DNA from: Azolla caroliniana
Lineage: Eukaryota; Plantae; Polypodiophyta
Assembly (NCBI GenBank): GCA_043228905.1
Contig: JBHGNT010000010.1
Location: forward strand, 806,001 to 870,000
Length of the DNA: 64,000 nt
Direction of reading: 5' to 3'
Below, in pieces: positions 63,269 through 64,000 of this stretch (position 1 is the first letter of the stretch; each line of letters begins with the position of its first letter). Both the position numbers and the translations under genes were made by a program. The notes beneath the pieces are model-generated. The model saw only the letters and a program-made list of their open reading frames with translations, ran no database searches and had not been told where the DNA came from.

Positions 63269-64000
63269 GTATGTCTTGAGTTCCAACATTATCCAATTTT
63301 GACGCCACAACATTTTCACTCTTTCTCAATCTCATCAAGCAAAGTCATTTAATATGCACTAGTTCATAGCGCTTATGGTGAAACTTTGCATGTGATTCCA
63401 CGGAGTCTGAAGAGATGATCACAAGCAGGAAAAACGGGTTTTGCATTTTTTATGAAGTATAAAAATGATATGATACAACTAAATGCTTCACCAGAAAAAC
63501 TTTTATGATGCATACAATATATTCTATGTGTATCATAACATTAACTCTATTCCTTGCAGATGTAGCATACATTAAACTAGACGGATTCTATGGCTTTCTT
63601 GGAAATGTTTATATTTTTCCTTCATATGATAAATTGGTATATTACATGTATTCTTATCTGGAAGTAGGATATGCTCCAGAGTTAGAATATGGCTTTATAT
63701 ATTTACCCAATGTGTAAGTATATAGAATGACCAATCTATACTAGCATTTTTATTATTAACAGAAAACAGTTGGTATACCACATGTTTCAAACTCTTCTGT
63801 GGTAGACTTCAGCTCTTATAATATGCCATTATCATGTCACACTGTTTATTCTTCATTTGGAGTGGATGGATGCCATTCTTTCATGTTCGTTTCATGTTTC
63901 TAGAAGAAACCAATGCTTCAATCCACAGATTTCTTAATTGCGATTTCTAAGCATTTGTTCTCACAGTTTGCGTTGTCAATTTTATCACATGTTTATTATT

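Noticed and set aside
63763-63900. Third GP210 exon after ttaacAG
   Set aside because: The translation does not resemble the expected continuation, so the next exon probably lies beyond the window.

Overview
Eukaryotic land-plant nuclear DNA. The repeat families and microsatellite style suggest a fern or other non-seed plant, which is inference only. I reconstructed six protein-coding genes by hand from GT-AG junctions: MAP65 (11 coding exons), an intronless GH17 beta-1,3-glucanase, an intronless germin-like protein, a GT64 GINT1-like glycosyltransferase (4 exons), a large SPL1/12-type SBP-box/ankyrin gene (10 exons) and the first two exons of nucleoporin GP210. The rest is transposon-derived or degraded sequence. 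It includes an integrase-less Copia element with both LTRs and a TSD, two solo LTRs with TSDs, two non-autonomous hAT elements, several copies of an RTEX-like LINE family (one only two lesions from an intact ORF2), SINE-like heads, and PPR, Gypsy and PDR remnants. The most unusual items are a 308-bp near-perfect palindrome with LTR-type TGTTA...TAACA ends and a 5-bp TSD in an SPL intron, an 82-bp micro-inversion that flips a hAT terminus together with its TSD, and a same-polarity (CT)n(CA)n compound repeat in three gene leaders and in an LTR. Family names come from recalled motifs; no database search was run.
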